This document shows positions 19,137 to 29,500 of a DNA stretch of 47,836 bases, in pieces. The stretch is from the sequence record DRR723986_18833; one strand, written 5' to 3'. Position numbers and translations under genes: made by a program. How positions within the stretch are numbered: position 1 is the stretch's first letter; each line of letters opens with the position of its first letter. The notes under the pieces were generated by a model. That model saw nothing but the letters and a program-made list of their open reading frames with translations. It was not told the DNA's origin and ran no database searches.

Positions 19137-21395
19137 ATGAAGCCTAACCAATTGATTTTCTGTGTGGCAATAGTTGCACTACTTTTTTATTCTCCCCATA
19201 AAACTAGGGCCGAACAACAGGAAAATGAAAGTAATTCATACAAACCTAGAATAATCAATACCACCGACCTAGGAGCTGATCCAGATGACGAGCAATCTTT
19301 AGTTCGTCAGCTGGTCGCTTCAAATGAATTTGACATTGAAGGGCTAATTGTAGCTACAGGATGCTGGAAAAAAACGCAGGACAACACAGCTATGTTAGAT
19401 GTGATTTTGGATGCTTATGAAGAAGCTTATCCAAACCTTACAGTCCATGCTGCTGGTTTCCCAACACCTGAATACCTTAAATCCATCGCTGTAATGGGGC
19501 AAGATGGCTATGGTATGAGCGACGTGGGTACAGGAAAGGACAGCCCAGGATCAGAACTCATCATAGCAGCAACAGACAAGGATGATCCACGGCCTCTTTG
19601 GGTAATGGGATGGGGCGGAATGAATACCATTGCTCAAGCGATTTGGAAAGTAAGAGAAACCCGTAGCCCAGCAGAATTGAAGAAGTTTTTGTCAAAGCTC
19701 AGATTGTATGATGTCTTAGGGCAAGACGATGCTGGTGCTTGGATTGCCAAAAACTTCCCGGATGTTTTCTATATCCGAGCAACTGGAGTATATGGCTGGC
19801 AACCTCCAAAAGAATACGCCGCTGAACACATCCAAGGACATGGACCGCTTGGACGGGTATATCCAGATACACAATGGGCAATGGAAGGAGACACACCTGC
19901 ATTCATGCATGTCTATCCCAATGGACTCAATGACCCTGAGCAGATTGATCAAGGTGGCTGGGGAGGTCGTTTCAGTTTCACCAAAAAAGCTGGGATACGA
20001 AGTATGTCAGAGGTTCCTAAAATTCAGGAAGACGGAGAAACTCAATATGACCCTTACATGATGTATGGAAATACAGATGAAAAAGCCGAAGCCATTAAAA
20101 AATGGAACAAAGGATATAACAATGATTTTGCGGCACGGATGGACTGGAGTATTAGCAGCAAATATGAAGATGCTAACCACCATCCCACAGCCATACTCAA
20201 TGGAGATAAATCTCGAAAGGTGCTGAGGATGTCCGCTTCTTCAGGAGAAAAAATCACATTGAGTGCTGAAGGCTCGAGTGATCCTGACGGAGATGCTTTG
20301 AAATACAAATGGTCTTTCTATGCTGAGCCAAGTACGTATAAAGAGTCAGTGGAAATTCAGAATAGCACTTCTTCCAAAGCTACTGTCCATATTCCTGCGA
20401 ATGCCTCCGGAAGATCTATTCATGTAATCTTGGAAGTCTATGACGATGGAGAGCCTAATTTATACGCCTACAGAAGGATGATTATCGAGGTGGCAGGTTC
20501 GCCTACTACTGAAAACTTAGAACCAGATGCAGGTAGTCCTTATTCTCCATTCCCACATACGGTGTTGGTGACCAAAGTTCGCCATTTCGACAACATGTGT
20601 TGGAAAATCGCCGCTGCAGGTGGCACTTGGTATTTTGAGAATGGTGAGACCGAAGGCAAAACAGGTTTTAGTAGTGCTTTTGATCAGGCAGGAAACGACT
20701 GGATAGGCAATGATGCCGATCGAGGATACAACAAGTCCTCCAATGCAGGTGGTAAACATGAATACCGAGGCTGGCCAAATTTCGGCGAGGGAAACTTTAA
20801 TCATCCACAGCGCAAAAGCAACTCCACCTCATGGTGGGTGGATGAAAGTGGAAAGAAAATAGCTTTTGAAGACAGCCTTTCTGGTGATCACCTGATCATG
20901 AGAAGCTCCAATCCTTCCTATGAACTGGAGTATCATTTTTTCCCTTCTCATGCAGCAATCAAAATCATCAGAGCTGATGATAAGTATGCATTTTTATTTG
21001 AAGGGCCGGTTGGGGGAGAGCAAGAAGCTTCTGTGGAGAAAGACTATTACGTGTTAAAAGATGGCGTACACCGAGAAATCAAATCAGGAGGTCTAGGCTA
21101 CTTAGAACCTGAATTTGGAAATAAATTCCCCTCTCCATTTTTCTACTTAGCAGACAGCGACCCAAAGGACAAGCAAGTATTCTATGCCGGTGTTCGTGAC
21201 GTAGGACCAATTACGGCAGGTGATGAAGGATGGAGACAGGGAGAAAATATGGTGATTTTCAGTTTTGGAAGAGATGAGGACAAGCGTGCATACACAGGCA
21301 CAGAGGCTATATGTGTATTTGGTTTTGCTGAAAAAACAGAACACAAGGAAATCAGCAGTTTTATCGAGTCAAAAATTAAATCTCCTTTCAATTAA
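19137..21395 (+). CDS. Secreted DUF1593 protein + Ig-like domain + ~280-aa unknown C-terminal domain
   Basis: NTTDLGADPDD, WGGMN, GQDD, MEGDTPAF, NDFAARMDW; the Ig domain ends at YRRMIIEV, then a Pro/Ser/Thr linker and an extra beta-rich domain. Confidence 0.85.
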   Translation: MKPNQLIFCVAIVALLFYSPHKTRAEQQENESNSYKPRIINTTDLGADPDDEQSLVRQLVASNEFDIEGLIVATGCWKKTQDNTAMLDVILDAYEEAYPNLTVHAAGFPTPEYLKSIAVMGQDGYGMSDVGTGKDSPGSELIIAATDKDDPRPLWVMGWGGMNTIAQAIWKVRETRSPAELKKFLSKLRLYDVLGQDDAGAWIAKNFPDVFYIRATGVYGWQPPKEYAAEHIQGHGPLGRVYPDTQWAMEGDTPAFMHVYPNGLNDPEQIDQGGWGGRFSFTKKAGIRSMSEVPKIQEDGETQYDPYMMYGNTDEKAEAIKKWNKGYNNDFAARMDWSISSKYEDANHHPTAILNGDKSRKVLRMSASSGEKITLSAEGSSDPDGDALKYKWSFYAEPSTYKESVEIQNSTSSKATVHIPANASGRSIHVILEVYDDGEPNLYAYRRMIIEVAGSPTTENLEPDAGSPYSPFPHTVLVTKVRHFDNMCWKIAAAGGTWYFENGETEGKTGFSSAFDQAGNDWIGNDADRGYNKSSNAGGKHEYRGWPNFGEGNFNHPQRKSNSTSWWVDESGKKIAFEDSLSGDHLIMRSSNPSYELEYHFFPSHAAIKIIRADDKYAFLFEGPVGGEQEASVEKDYYVLKDGVHREIKSGGLGYLEPEFGNKFPSPFFYLADSDPKDKQVFYAGVRDVGPITAGDEGWRQGENMVIFSFGRDEDKRAYTGTEAICVFGFAEKTEHKEISSFIESKIKSPFN

Positions 21396-21511
21396 AGACC
21401 ATAAATCCATCTTGGAAATAGATCAAACATGAATGAATACAAATTTTAACCATCCCAATAATCTTTAATATTAACAACAAACCCAACAAACCTATGAAAT
21501 CAACCCAGACT

Positions 21512-23200
21512 ATGAAGGCTAACTTCTTTGTTATCCTTCTCACATCATTGATCGTGATTGCCCCGCTCAAGCACTCACAGGCAGAAATTCAACAGAAAGA
21601 TAAATTAATTCTGGCTGATTGGTTACGAGACTACATTCCTTCTCAATACCCTGGAGTAGAAATAATAGACAACAAAGATTGGTACCAGGCAGTGATCCCA
21701 GCAGTAGATGTTACTATTAGTTGGGCGTTTTTACCGCAGGAACAATTGAATCTGAAAGGAGTGACAGGCCACTACGAAGGAAAAGCGCTTTACATTTCAG
21801 AGCCAATCAATGACAATTGGACTACAATCCCGACCATGGAATTGACCGAAGGCGCAGGCTATTTCATCCCAGGCTATACTGAAGCTACCATGGGAGATCT
21901 CGAAGTGGCCAAGCTTTCAGTTCTGCAGTTTAGAGGTACAGGTGCCAGAAAATTTGTGGAAAGGATGCAGAAAGATTGGTTGTTTGAAAATACTCCAGAA
22001 TACGAATCATCCATGACTAGATGGTTAAAAGACTACACACAATCAGAATTTCCTCAAAATGATTTCCTGCAGCACCATGGTTGGTATCATGTAGAAATAC
22101 CAGAATATGATATCAAATTAAGTTGGGGACAAATGCTTCAGGATCACATGGATTTAGGTGTAAGTGAAGGCTTGAATGAGGACCAAACCATCTTTATAGC
22201 CAAGGAGGATAAAACTGATTGGGTAAAGAATACTTCCATTCAATATTACAAGGGCGTTGGTTACTATGTTCCTAATTACAAGTCTGCGACCATGGGCAAA
22301 TTTGATGTAGGACGACTGGCAGTTATCCATTTTAACGGAGCTAACACGCGTCCTTTTGTAGAGAAAATGCAAGAAGTCTACGCAAAAACGGCTGACAAAT
22401 CAGAGTTGAACTTCGCTCTTTGGCTAGTGGACTATGTGAAGGCAAAACACCCAAACAATCCTATCACCTATCATGGAGCTTGGTATCAAAGCGTCTTTCC
22501 TAATGATGAACTGACGGTAACCTGGGGCTCTATGTCCAATTCTCAAATGGAGTTGAAAGAACTTCACGGACTTTTTAAAGGCAAATCTATATTCATAGAA
22601 CAACCTAAAAGCCAAGGCTGGGAGTCCATTCACAATGTTAACTTTATTAGCGGAGTGGGATATAGTATACCCAGCTATGATGAAGCCACGATGGGACACT
22701 TTGAGGTGGGCCTTGTAGCGGTGATTCAATACAGTGGTGGAAAATCTGATGATTTCACTAAAAAGATGGCAGAGGCTTGGCGGGCAAAAAAGGTCGCAGA
22801 TATACCAAATCTACCATTCAGACAGTGGCTCTATGAATATATCCCCACTCAATATGCCAATGCTAAAATGATTGATCACAAGTACTGGTTGCAAGGCCAT
22901 ATAGGTGGGGGTCTAGTGGCAAGCTGGGCACTTTTTGATCAGGAAAATGTAACACTCAATTACGTTGAAGATCACAATTTAACAGAAGGGAAAACCATTT
23001 TTATAGAGAAAAGAGGTAAAAATGAATGGGCGAAAAACCCCAAGGTAACCTACTACGACAATGCAGGCTATTTAATCTCAGGATATAACTCGGCTACGAT
23101 GAGCAGCTGGAATGTCCAAGATTGCAATATAATTCAGTTTGACGGTGAGCCTGGGAAATTCACCGCACAAATGGCCAAAGCCTGGGGAAAAACCCACTGA
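21512..23200 (+). CDS. Secreted hypothetical protein made of four tandem ~134-aa repeats
   Basis: Long ORF with a signal peptide (likely start 21512; alternative 21494); internal repeats are visible by eye (WLxDY...WY...SW...GY..P.Y..ATM...F...M...W). Confidence 0.85.
   Translation: MKANFFVILLTSLIVIAPLKHSQAEIQQKDKLILADWLRDYIPSQYPGVEIIDNKDWYQAVIPAVDVTISWAFLPQEQLNLKGVTGHYEGKALYISEPINDNWTTIPTMELTEGAGYFIPGYTEATMGDLEVAKLSVLQFRGTGARKFVERMQKDWLFENTPEYESSMTRWLKDYTQSEFPQNDFLQHHGWYHVEIPEYDIKLSWGQMLQDHMDLGVSEGLNEDQTIFIAKEDKTDWVKNTSIQYYKGVGYYVPNYKSATMGKFDVGRLAVIHFNGANTRPFVEKMQEVYAKTADKSELNFALWLVDYVKAKHPNNPITYHGAWYQSVFPNDELTVTWGSMSNSQMELKELHGLFKGKSIFIEQPKSQGWESIHNVNFISGVGYSIPSYDEATMGHFEVGLVAVIQYSGGKSDDFTKKMAEAWRAKKVADIPNLPFRQWLYEYIPTQYANAKMIDHKYWLQGHIGGGLVASWALFDQENVTLNYVEDHNLTEGKTIFIEKRGKNEWAKNPKVTYYDNAGYLISGYNSATMSSWNVQDCNIIQFDGEPGKFTAQMAKAWGKTH
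21611..23197 (+). repeat. Four intragenic protein-domain repeats (period ~400 nt)
   Basis: The conserved Trp of WL(R/K/V/Y)(D/E)Y falls at nt 21620, 22022, 22421 and 22826 (spacing 134, 133, 135 codons). Confidence 0.9.
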
Positions 23201-23302
23201 CCCTGTTCAAAACAACAGGTTTTGCATAGGGTAATTTTACCGCAAAAATGATAGATATAGAAGAGATATTATTATCCGCAATGATTCCAGCATCCATTAG
23301 TT

Positions 23303-23344
23303 CTTTGTTCACCTGACCGGAAGACCAAAAACAGGTGAACGAAG
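23303..23344 (+). terminator. Stem-loop downstream of the long + strand operon (possible terminator or stabiliser)
   Basis: CTTTGTTCACCTG / CAGGTGAACGAAG, 13-bp stem (one G-U), 16-nt loop, no clean U-tract. A weaker hairpin CCTGTT/AACAGG+TTTT lies at 23202-23223. Confidence 0.4.
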
Positions 23345-23711
23345 TAGCATAAAATCTAGAGTTTAGCTTATCTTAAGATTATTTAATCTCTTTATAATGG
23401 AATAGCATATATATACATAAGACAGACATCAAAATTAAAAATATTCAGCTCAAAAATCTCCTAGTTCAACACAACGATTATTAACATCAACTTATAAAAA
23501 ATTAATAGCGACTGGATGAATAACATAAAATAAAACCGATCAGTCCACCTAGCGCTATTTACATTTAAACATAAATAAATTTAAAACAATCAAATCAACC
23601 CAAGAATACCATAAGAATTAGTTGTTAGATAATAGAATAAGTAAAAAAAAGGAAGACATGACTCATTTTATATGTCTATTTAATAATAGTATAGCACTAG
23701 AAAAAGTGATT

Positions 23712-23719
23712 TAATTTTG
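23712..23719 (+). promoter_or_regulatory. Bacteroidota sigma70 -7 element (TAatTTTG) for araC-kinase
   Basis: Exact TAnnTTTG match 20 bp upstream of ATG 23740. Confidence 0.55.
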
Positions 23720-23739
23720 CACTTATCAGCAGCCAACAG

Positions 23740-24630
23740 ATGCCTCATTGTCCATTTAAATATCAACATGAAACGCTAGCGGAAGTCAATCGATTTCCAC
23801 ATATAGTAGAATTTGGATTGAGAAATAATAATTCTGTCACCTTAGATTCCTTTGAGGTGAGAAAGGCTAACTATTTACAACTCTATTATATAGTAGACGG
23901 AAAATTTGATTGGATTATTAATGGCAAAAATGAGACACTATACCCAGGTGATTCTGCACTAATTTTACCAGGTCAAGAAATAGGCGGAGCACATGGGTAT
24001 TTTGGCATTGGCACACTTTATTGGATCTACCTTAAGGTAGAAAAAATTGATTCGGAGGGGTATTTGGTTCTAGGAAAATGGAGCAGAATAAAAAAAAGTG
24101 AATGGCAAATTATTGGTAAAATTCTCGAATCAAATCAAAAACCTGTGATGCGAGCAGGTGAATTTTCCTCTATGTTTCAGGTAATGCAGTCAGAGATTGA
24201 AAACAGTGAAATAGGTAGTTTTACACGGGTGAATTACATCTTAGATTCTATCCTAATCCTGCTATGCAGACAGGTCACTAGACAGGCAGTATCTAGACGT
24301 GATTTCCCAAAATCCTTCACCAACTTAGAAGAAAGTTTGAGAAAAGATCTTTCTCATAAATGGACCGTTGAGGAGATGGCGGCTTTGATGGGATTAGGCA
24401 CGACTACCTTTACAGAAAAGGTTAAAAATTACACCGGATTCCCTCCCTTAAACTATTTAATCAATATTCGAATTTCAGAAGCCATTCGCTTGTTGAAACT
24501 GAAGGATATAAACATTACAGATATAGCATTGGAGACGGGCTTTTATTCTTCTCAGCATTTTTCTACCACATTTAAGAAGCTTACGGGCCATACACCCAAT
24601 GAATACCGGAAGAGATATACATCCAACTAA
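23740..24630 (+). CDS. AraC-family transcriptional regulator (cupin-like N-domain + HTH)
   Basis: WTVEEMA, TGFPPLNYL..IRI..A..LL, ITDIALETGFYSSQHFSTTFKKLTGHTPNEYR. Confidence 0.95.
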   Translation: MPHCPFKYQHETLAEVNRFPHIVEFGLRNNNSVTLDSFEVRKANYLQLYYIVDGKFDWIINGKNETLYPGDSALILPGQEIGGAHGYFGIGTLYWIYLKVEKIDSEGYLVLGKWSRIKKSEWQIIGKILESNQKPVMRAGEFSSMFQVMQSEIENSEIGSFTRVNYILDSILILLCRQVTRQAVSRRDFPKSFTNLEESLRKDLSHKWTVEEMAALMGLGTTTFTEKVKNYTGFPPLNYLINIRISEAIRLLKLKDINITDIALETGFYSSQHFSTTFKKLTGHTPNEYRKRYTSN

Positions 24631-24648
24631 CCACATTATCCCACGACT

Positions 24649-26169
24649 ATGGAATGTATTATTACGATAGAAATCGGAACAAACGCAGTTCGGATCTTGG
24701 CAATAGATCTGAAAGGCAATGTCATTGCTAAATCTAAGGGCTCTTACCCTACTTTTCACCGGGAGCCAGACTACAGCGAGCAGGACCCTGACCAGATGTT
24801 CATCACCATGCTATATGTGTTGAAAAACCTCCTAAGCGAGCAGATCCACCCTAAAAATCATACCGTGATTTCTATCTGTTTCAGCGCCTCCATGCATAGT
24901 GTATTGCCTGTAGATAGACATGGAGTTCCGATAGGATATGCAATTACCTGGGCTGACAATAGAGGTAAAAATGAGGCGCTTGAGTTAAAAAATTCCGGCA
25001 TAGGACAGAAAATATACGAAGCCACAGGAACTCCTATTCATCCTATGTCACCTATGATAAAAATAGCCTGGATGAAGCGATATGACTCCAAGCGATTCGA
25101 AAAAACCGACAAATTCATCACAATCAAAAGCTACATAATTCAGCAACTTACTCAAGACTATCTGCTTGATTATAGCTTAGCATCTGCAACTGGCTTATTG
25201 AACATCCACACGCGAAAATGGGAAAATAACGCGCTGGATTTTGCTGGGATAAAGGCAGGGCAGTTACCAGATTTGGTCCCTGTTTTCCATCCACTCAACA
25301 GACTACGAAGTGAGTATCAAAAATCACTCGGGTTGCCCAAAGGAGTTAAAATCATCATTGGTTCGAGCGATGGGTGCCTCGCAACTTTGGGAGGTGGAAT
25401 ATGGGAAGAAGAGAAAGCAACCATTACGATTGAAGATAGCGGTGCAGTCCGAGTTGTCGGAAAAAAGCCTTTAAATGATCCTCAACAACGAATTTTTAGC
25501 TACTTGCTGACTGACAAATACTACGTTTCGGGTGGGCCTACTAATAATGGAGGAATTGCTTTCGAATGGTTCACCAAACATTTTGGAGATTTCAAGGAAG
25601 CCTATGATATAGAATATGCCATGAAAGGACTGATCACGGAAGCATCCACAATAAAGCCTGGTTCCGATGGGTTGCTTTTCCTTCCCTATCTTTTAGGTGA
25701 GCGAGCTCCGATTTGGAATGCAAACGCTAGAGGCTCCTACTTCGGAATTAACATCAAACATGAGCGGCAGCACTTTATTCGAGCTTCTCTCGAAGGTATT
25801 TTGTATGAGATTTACAGTATAGGAAAAACCCTGGAAGACCATAAAAACTTCAATTCCCTGACCACCAATGGCAGCTTTGCCTCTATTCCATTTTGTACAC
25901 AAATACTGGCAGATCTTTTCAACAAGCCTGTAAGTGTAGGCAAAAATCCAGACAGCATTGCCCAAGGTGCATTTTTACTTAGCGCTACAGACCTAGGAAT
26001 TTTCAGCGACTTGGAAGACGCTGCCAAGTCAGTGGTAATGTCCACTACTTTTGAACCAAACTACCAAAACAATACGGCTTACATGAAATATTTTTCAATT
26101 TTTGAGCGCTTAAGTTCCAAATTACATGAGGAGTTCGCAGATATCGCAAGACTACAAAGTGAACTTTAG
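24649..26169 (+). CDS. Gluconokinase (GntK)-like FGGY protein with degenerate ATP-binding motifs
   Basis: SASMHS, ITWADNR, TGTPIHPMSP, DYSLASATG, GGPTNNGG and LPYLLGERAPIWN match GntK; it has EIGTNA, IEDSG and NGSF in place of DIGTTS, IGTSG and TGGF. Confidence 0.8.
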   Translation: MECIITIEIGTNAVRILAIDLKGNVIAKSKGSYPTFHREPDYSEQDPDQMFITMLYVLKNLLSEQIHPKNHTVISICFSASMHSVLPVDRHGVPIGYAITWADNRGKNEALELKNSGIGQKIYEATGTPIHPMSPMIKIAWMKRYDSKRFEKTDKFITIKSYIIQQLTQDYLLDYSLASATGLLNIHTRKWENNALDFAGIKAGQLPDLVPVFHPLNRLRSEYQKSLGLPKGVKIIIGSSDGCLATLGGGIWEEEKATITIEDSGAVRVVGKKPLNDPQQRIFSYLLTDKYYVSGGPTNNGGIAFEWFTKHFGDFKEAYDIEYAMKGLITEASTIKPGSDGLLFLPYLLGERAPIWNANARGSYFGINIKHERQHFIRASLEGILYEIYSIGKTLEDHKNFNSLTTNGSFASIPFCTQILADLFNKPVSVGKNPDSIAQGAFLLSATDLGIFSDLEDAAKSVVMSTTFEPNYQNNTAYMKYFSIFERLSSKLHEEFADIARLQSEL

Positions 26170-26293
26170 CCAACATATTATTCCAACGCACTATATAATT
26201 TACTGTAAATAAAAAAACTATGTTTTGAATTCATAATTCCAATCAACTGTATTACCTAGTTTTTATCCCCCAAGGCATCTATAATGTTTATTT

Positions 26294-26334
26294 AAATAGC
26301 TTCATTCACCTATTGTGGATGAAGCTATTTTTTT
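26294..26334 (+). terminator. Rho-independent terminator after the araC-kinase pair
   Basis: AAATAGCTTCATTCAC-ctatt-GTGGATGAAGCTATTT followed by a T-run. Confidence 0.85.
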
Positions 26335-26425
26335 GTTCAAAATCCTACGGAGGTTATTTTTGGAAGTATCGATAAATAGTAATTTTTAACTTGTTATCAA
26401 TAAGAATAACTCAACCTATTAAACC

Positions 26426-26476
26426 TAGTTACAGAAGTTATTTTATTAAATACAATAAAATATACTTCTGTAACTA
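26426..26476. repeat. Long inverted repeat upstream of susC
   Basis: TAGTTACAGAAGT-TATTTTATT / AATAAAATA-(T)-ACTTCTGTAACTA: 22-bp stem with one bulge and a 6-nt loop. Confidence 0.85.
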
Positions 26477-26523
26477 TTTGGTCAATGGGAGAAGTTCACT
26501 ATCACTAACCAAAACCCATAATA

Positions 26524-29500
26524 ATGAAAAAAAATTACCTGATATTCGGTATAGCGATATTTTTGCATACCGGAGGTATAACTCATGCACATGAGATGTA
26601 TACCTCACTCGAAACACCTACAGGAACTGCCTTAAATAGCATTGAATTATACTCGGAAACTCCCACTTCTATAATAGTCACGGGTATTGTATTTGATGAA
26701 ACAGGCATGCCTCTTCCTGGAGTTTCAGTTATTGTAAAAGGTTCGTCTTCTGGAACGGTAACTAATGCAGATGGAAAATATTCTGTAGAGGTTGAAGATG
26801 AAAACAGTATACTTACCTTCTCATTTATAGGCTATTCTACCACAGAAGTCATCGTCGGAAACAGAGCTGAAATCAATGTAAATCTAGAAGTAGATGAAAA
26901 ATCGTTGGAAGAGGTTGTAGTCACCGCTCTTGGTATCAAAAAGGAATCCAAGAAATTAGGCTATTCTGCGACCTCTGTTAACACTGATGAATTGGTTAAA
27001 AACAGAACTACCAACGTGATGGAATCACTGGAAGGCAAGGTAGCAGGACTAAATATCACTCCTCCTGCAGCAGGTGCAGGGTCTAGTACACAAATCAGAC
27101 TTCGTGGACAATCTGCCTTTGCAGGAGCTAATAATGCTCCCCTCATCGTAATCAATGGCCTACCTATGGATCAAGGTGCGCGTGGAGTAAATGGAAATGG
27201 GCAACAGCGCGACAGAGGTGATAATCTACAGAATATCAACCCGGACGATATTGAGAGCATGACTGTACTCAAAGGAGCTACAGCAGCAGCAATCTATGGA
27301 GCTAGAGCTGCAAATGGCGCCATTATTATTACAACCAAATCAGGGGAGAAAGGTCAAGGAATCGGCGTAGATTTCACCACTAGCTATACTTCTTCTACTC
27401 CACTAAATTTTCTGGATGAATTAATCCAAACTGAGTATGGAATTGGTACTGGAGGTGTGAGACCTAAAACGCAAGGCGAAGCCCAATCTTACGGGCAATT
27501 TGGATTCGGAGAAAGGTTAGACGGGGCACCAACGATCAATTTTGATGGACAAATGAGACCTTATTCTGCCAATCCATACCAGTTATATGATTTTTTACAA
27601 ACTGGATCAAACTGGACAAACACCATTGGGATCTCTGGTGGTACGAGTAAAGGGAGTTTCCGTGTTTCATTTTCAAATGTGGATGCGACCGGCATACAGC
27701 CAATGAATGAATACGTCAAGCGTATATTTAATGTGGGGATTAATCATAGTTTATCCGATAAGCTATCATTTCAATTGAATATAAACTATGCGAATGAACA
27801 TAACCTTAACCCGCCTCAAATAGGTACGCAGGGAGATGGGGCAATTAACTTTTTTAACCGTATGGGAATTTCCACTCCTTATGAAGCATACAGAGAAAGT
27901 GCTGTAAATCCTGAAACTGGAGCGGAGTTTCGTACAAATGGGTTTTTAGGCACTATAAATAACCCTTTCTACCCATTGCAAGGAAAGCAATATTTTGACG
28001 AGAAAAGAAGTAGATTACTCGGCACAGCGACGTTGAGGTATCAAATCACCGATTGGCTATATGCTCAAGGCAGGTTGAATTACGATGATGGCAATGCTTT
28101 CGCGGAATGGAACAGATTAAATGGCACCGGTTCCACTACTTTATTCCAAGGTGATGGCACTTATCGTGGGTCATATAATCTTTCCCAAACTACTACTTCT
28201 GATATCAATGCTGACTTCTTGGTAGGAGGAAATAAGCAATGGGAAAAGTTTTCGATGGACGTTAGTTTTGGTGGCAATACCTGGCGTACGAAATATCAGA
28301 ACATGAGTCAGGATGCGAGTAATTTTGTAGTAGCTGATCTATATTCGATTGCAAACGGGACAATAAAAAATCAGAGCTATGGTTTCTCCGAGAGTCGTGT
28401 AAACTCACTTTATGGCTTAGCTGAATTTGGTTATAACGGCATCCTTTACCTGAATTTCACAGGTAGAAACGACTGGTTTTCTGTCCTCAACCCCCAAAAC
28501 AATTCCAAGTTCTACCCATCCATTTCAGGTAGTTTTATTTTCTCCGAACTCATGCCAAGTGCCAATTGGCTTTCCTATGCCAAATTGAGAGGCTCATGGG
28601 CAGAAGTAGGAAGTGCAAATGGAGTAGGGACCTATGAGGGTTTGCTAACCTATAGTATAAATCAAAACCAATTTAATGGGCAGACACTAGCTGGAGTAAA
28701 CGGAAGTTTCGCTCCGAATTCTAATCTGCAGCCATTTACTGTTACTGAAAAGGAAATCGGATTGGAAATGAGGCTATTTAACAATCGCCTATTATTGGAC
28801 ATAGGAGCGTTTGAAAAGATAACGACCGACCAAATCTTGGATGTGCAACTTTCCAATGCCTCCGGCTATACGGATTCAAAACAAAACACAGCTTCATTAA
28901 AAAATAGCGGATTAGAATTCTTGATTGAATATTCTCCTATAGAAACCTCCAATTTCAGATGGACAAGTTCTTGGAATAGCGCATACTTGACTACTGAAGT
29001 ATTAGACGTGGGCAATGAGAGCGGCACTATGCTAGTAGTATCTTTTAACGACACAGGAAATGAGTTCCTAGGGCAATTAAGATACACAGAAGGCCTCCCA
29101 ATGAACCAACTGTATACCAGAACCTATCTTAGGAATGCAAATGGTGACATTCTAGTAACCAATCAAGGCAGATTAAGATCCACTAATAGCACTACACCAG
29201 GTGGAGAAGACACGAATGGTTTTTTGCCAATCGGAAGCTCAATACCAAAGCATACAGGAGGGTGGACGAATACGTTTACCTATAAAAAATTGAGTCTAGG
29301 AGTACATATTGACTACAAACTCGGCGGTATGGTCATGTCATCGACACACCTAAACATGCTTAGACAAGGTCATTCTCAGCTTTCCTTACAAGGACGTAGA
29401 GAGGGTGAAAATGGATTGATTTTCCCTGGCGTATATGATAATGGAGAGCCTAATACCACTGTGGTTACCAATTTACAAAGCTTCTATGCTGATTATAGAA

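Noticed and set aside
21611-23197. Possible CRISPR or DNA tandem array
   Set aside because: Periodicity is at protein level within an intact ORF; there are no conserved 25-45 bp DNA repeats with spacers and no cas genes.
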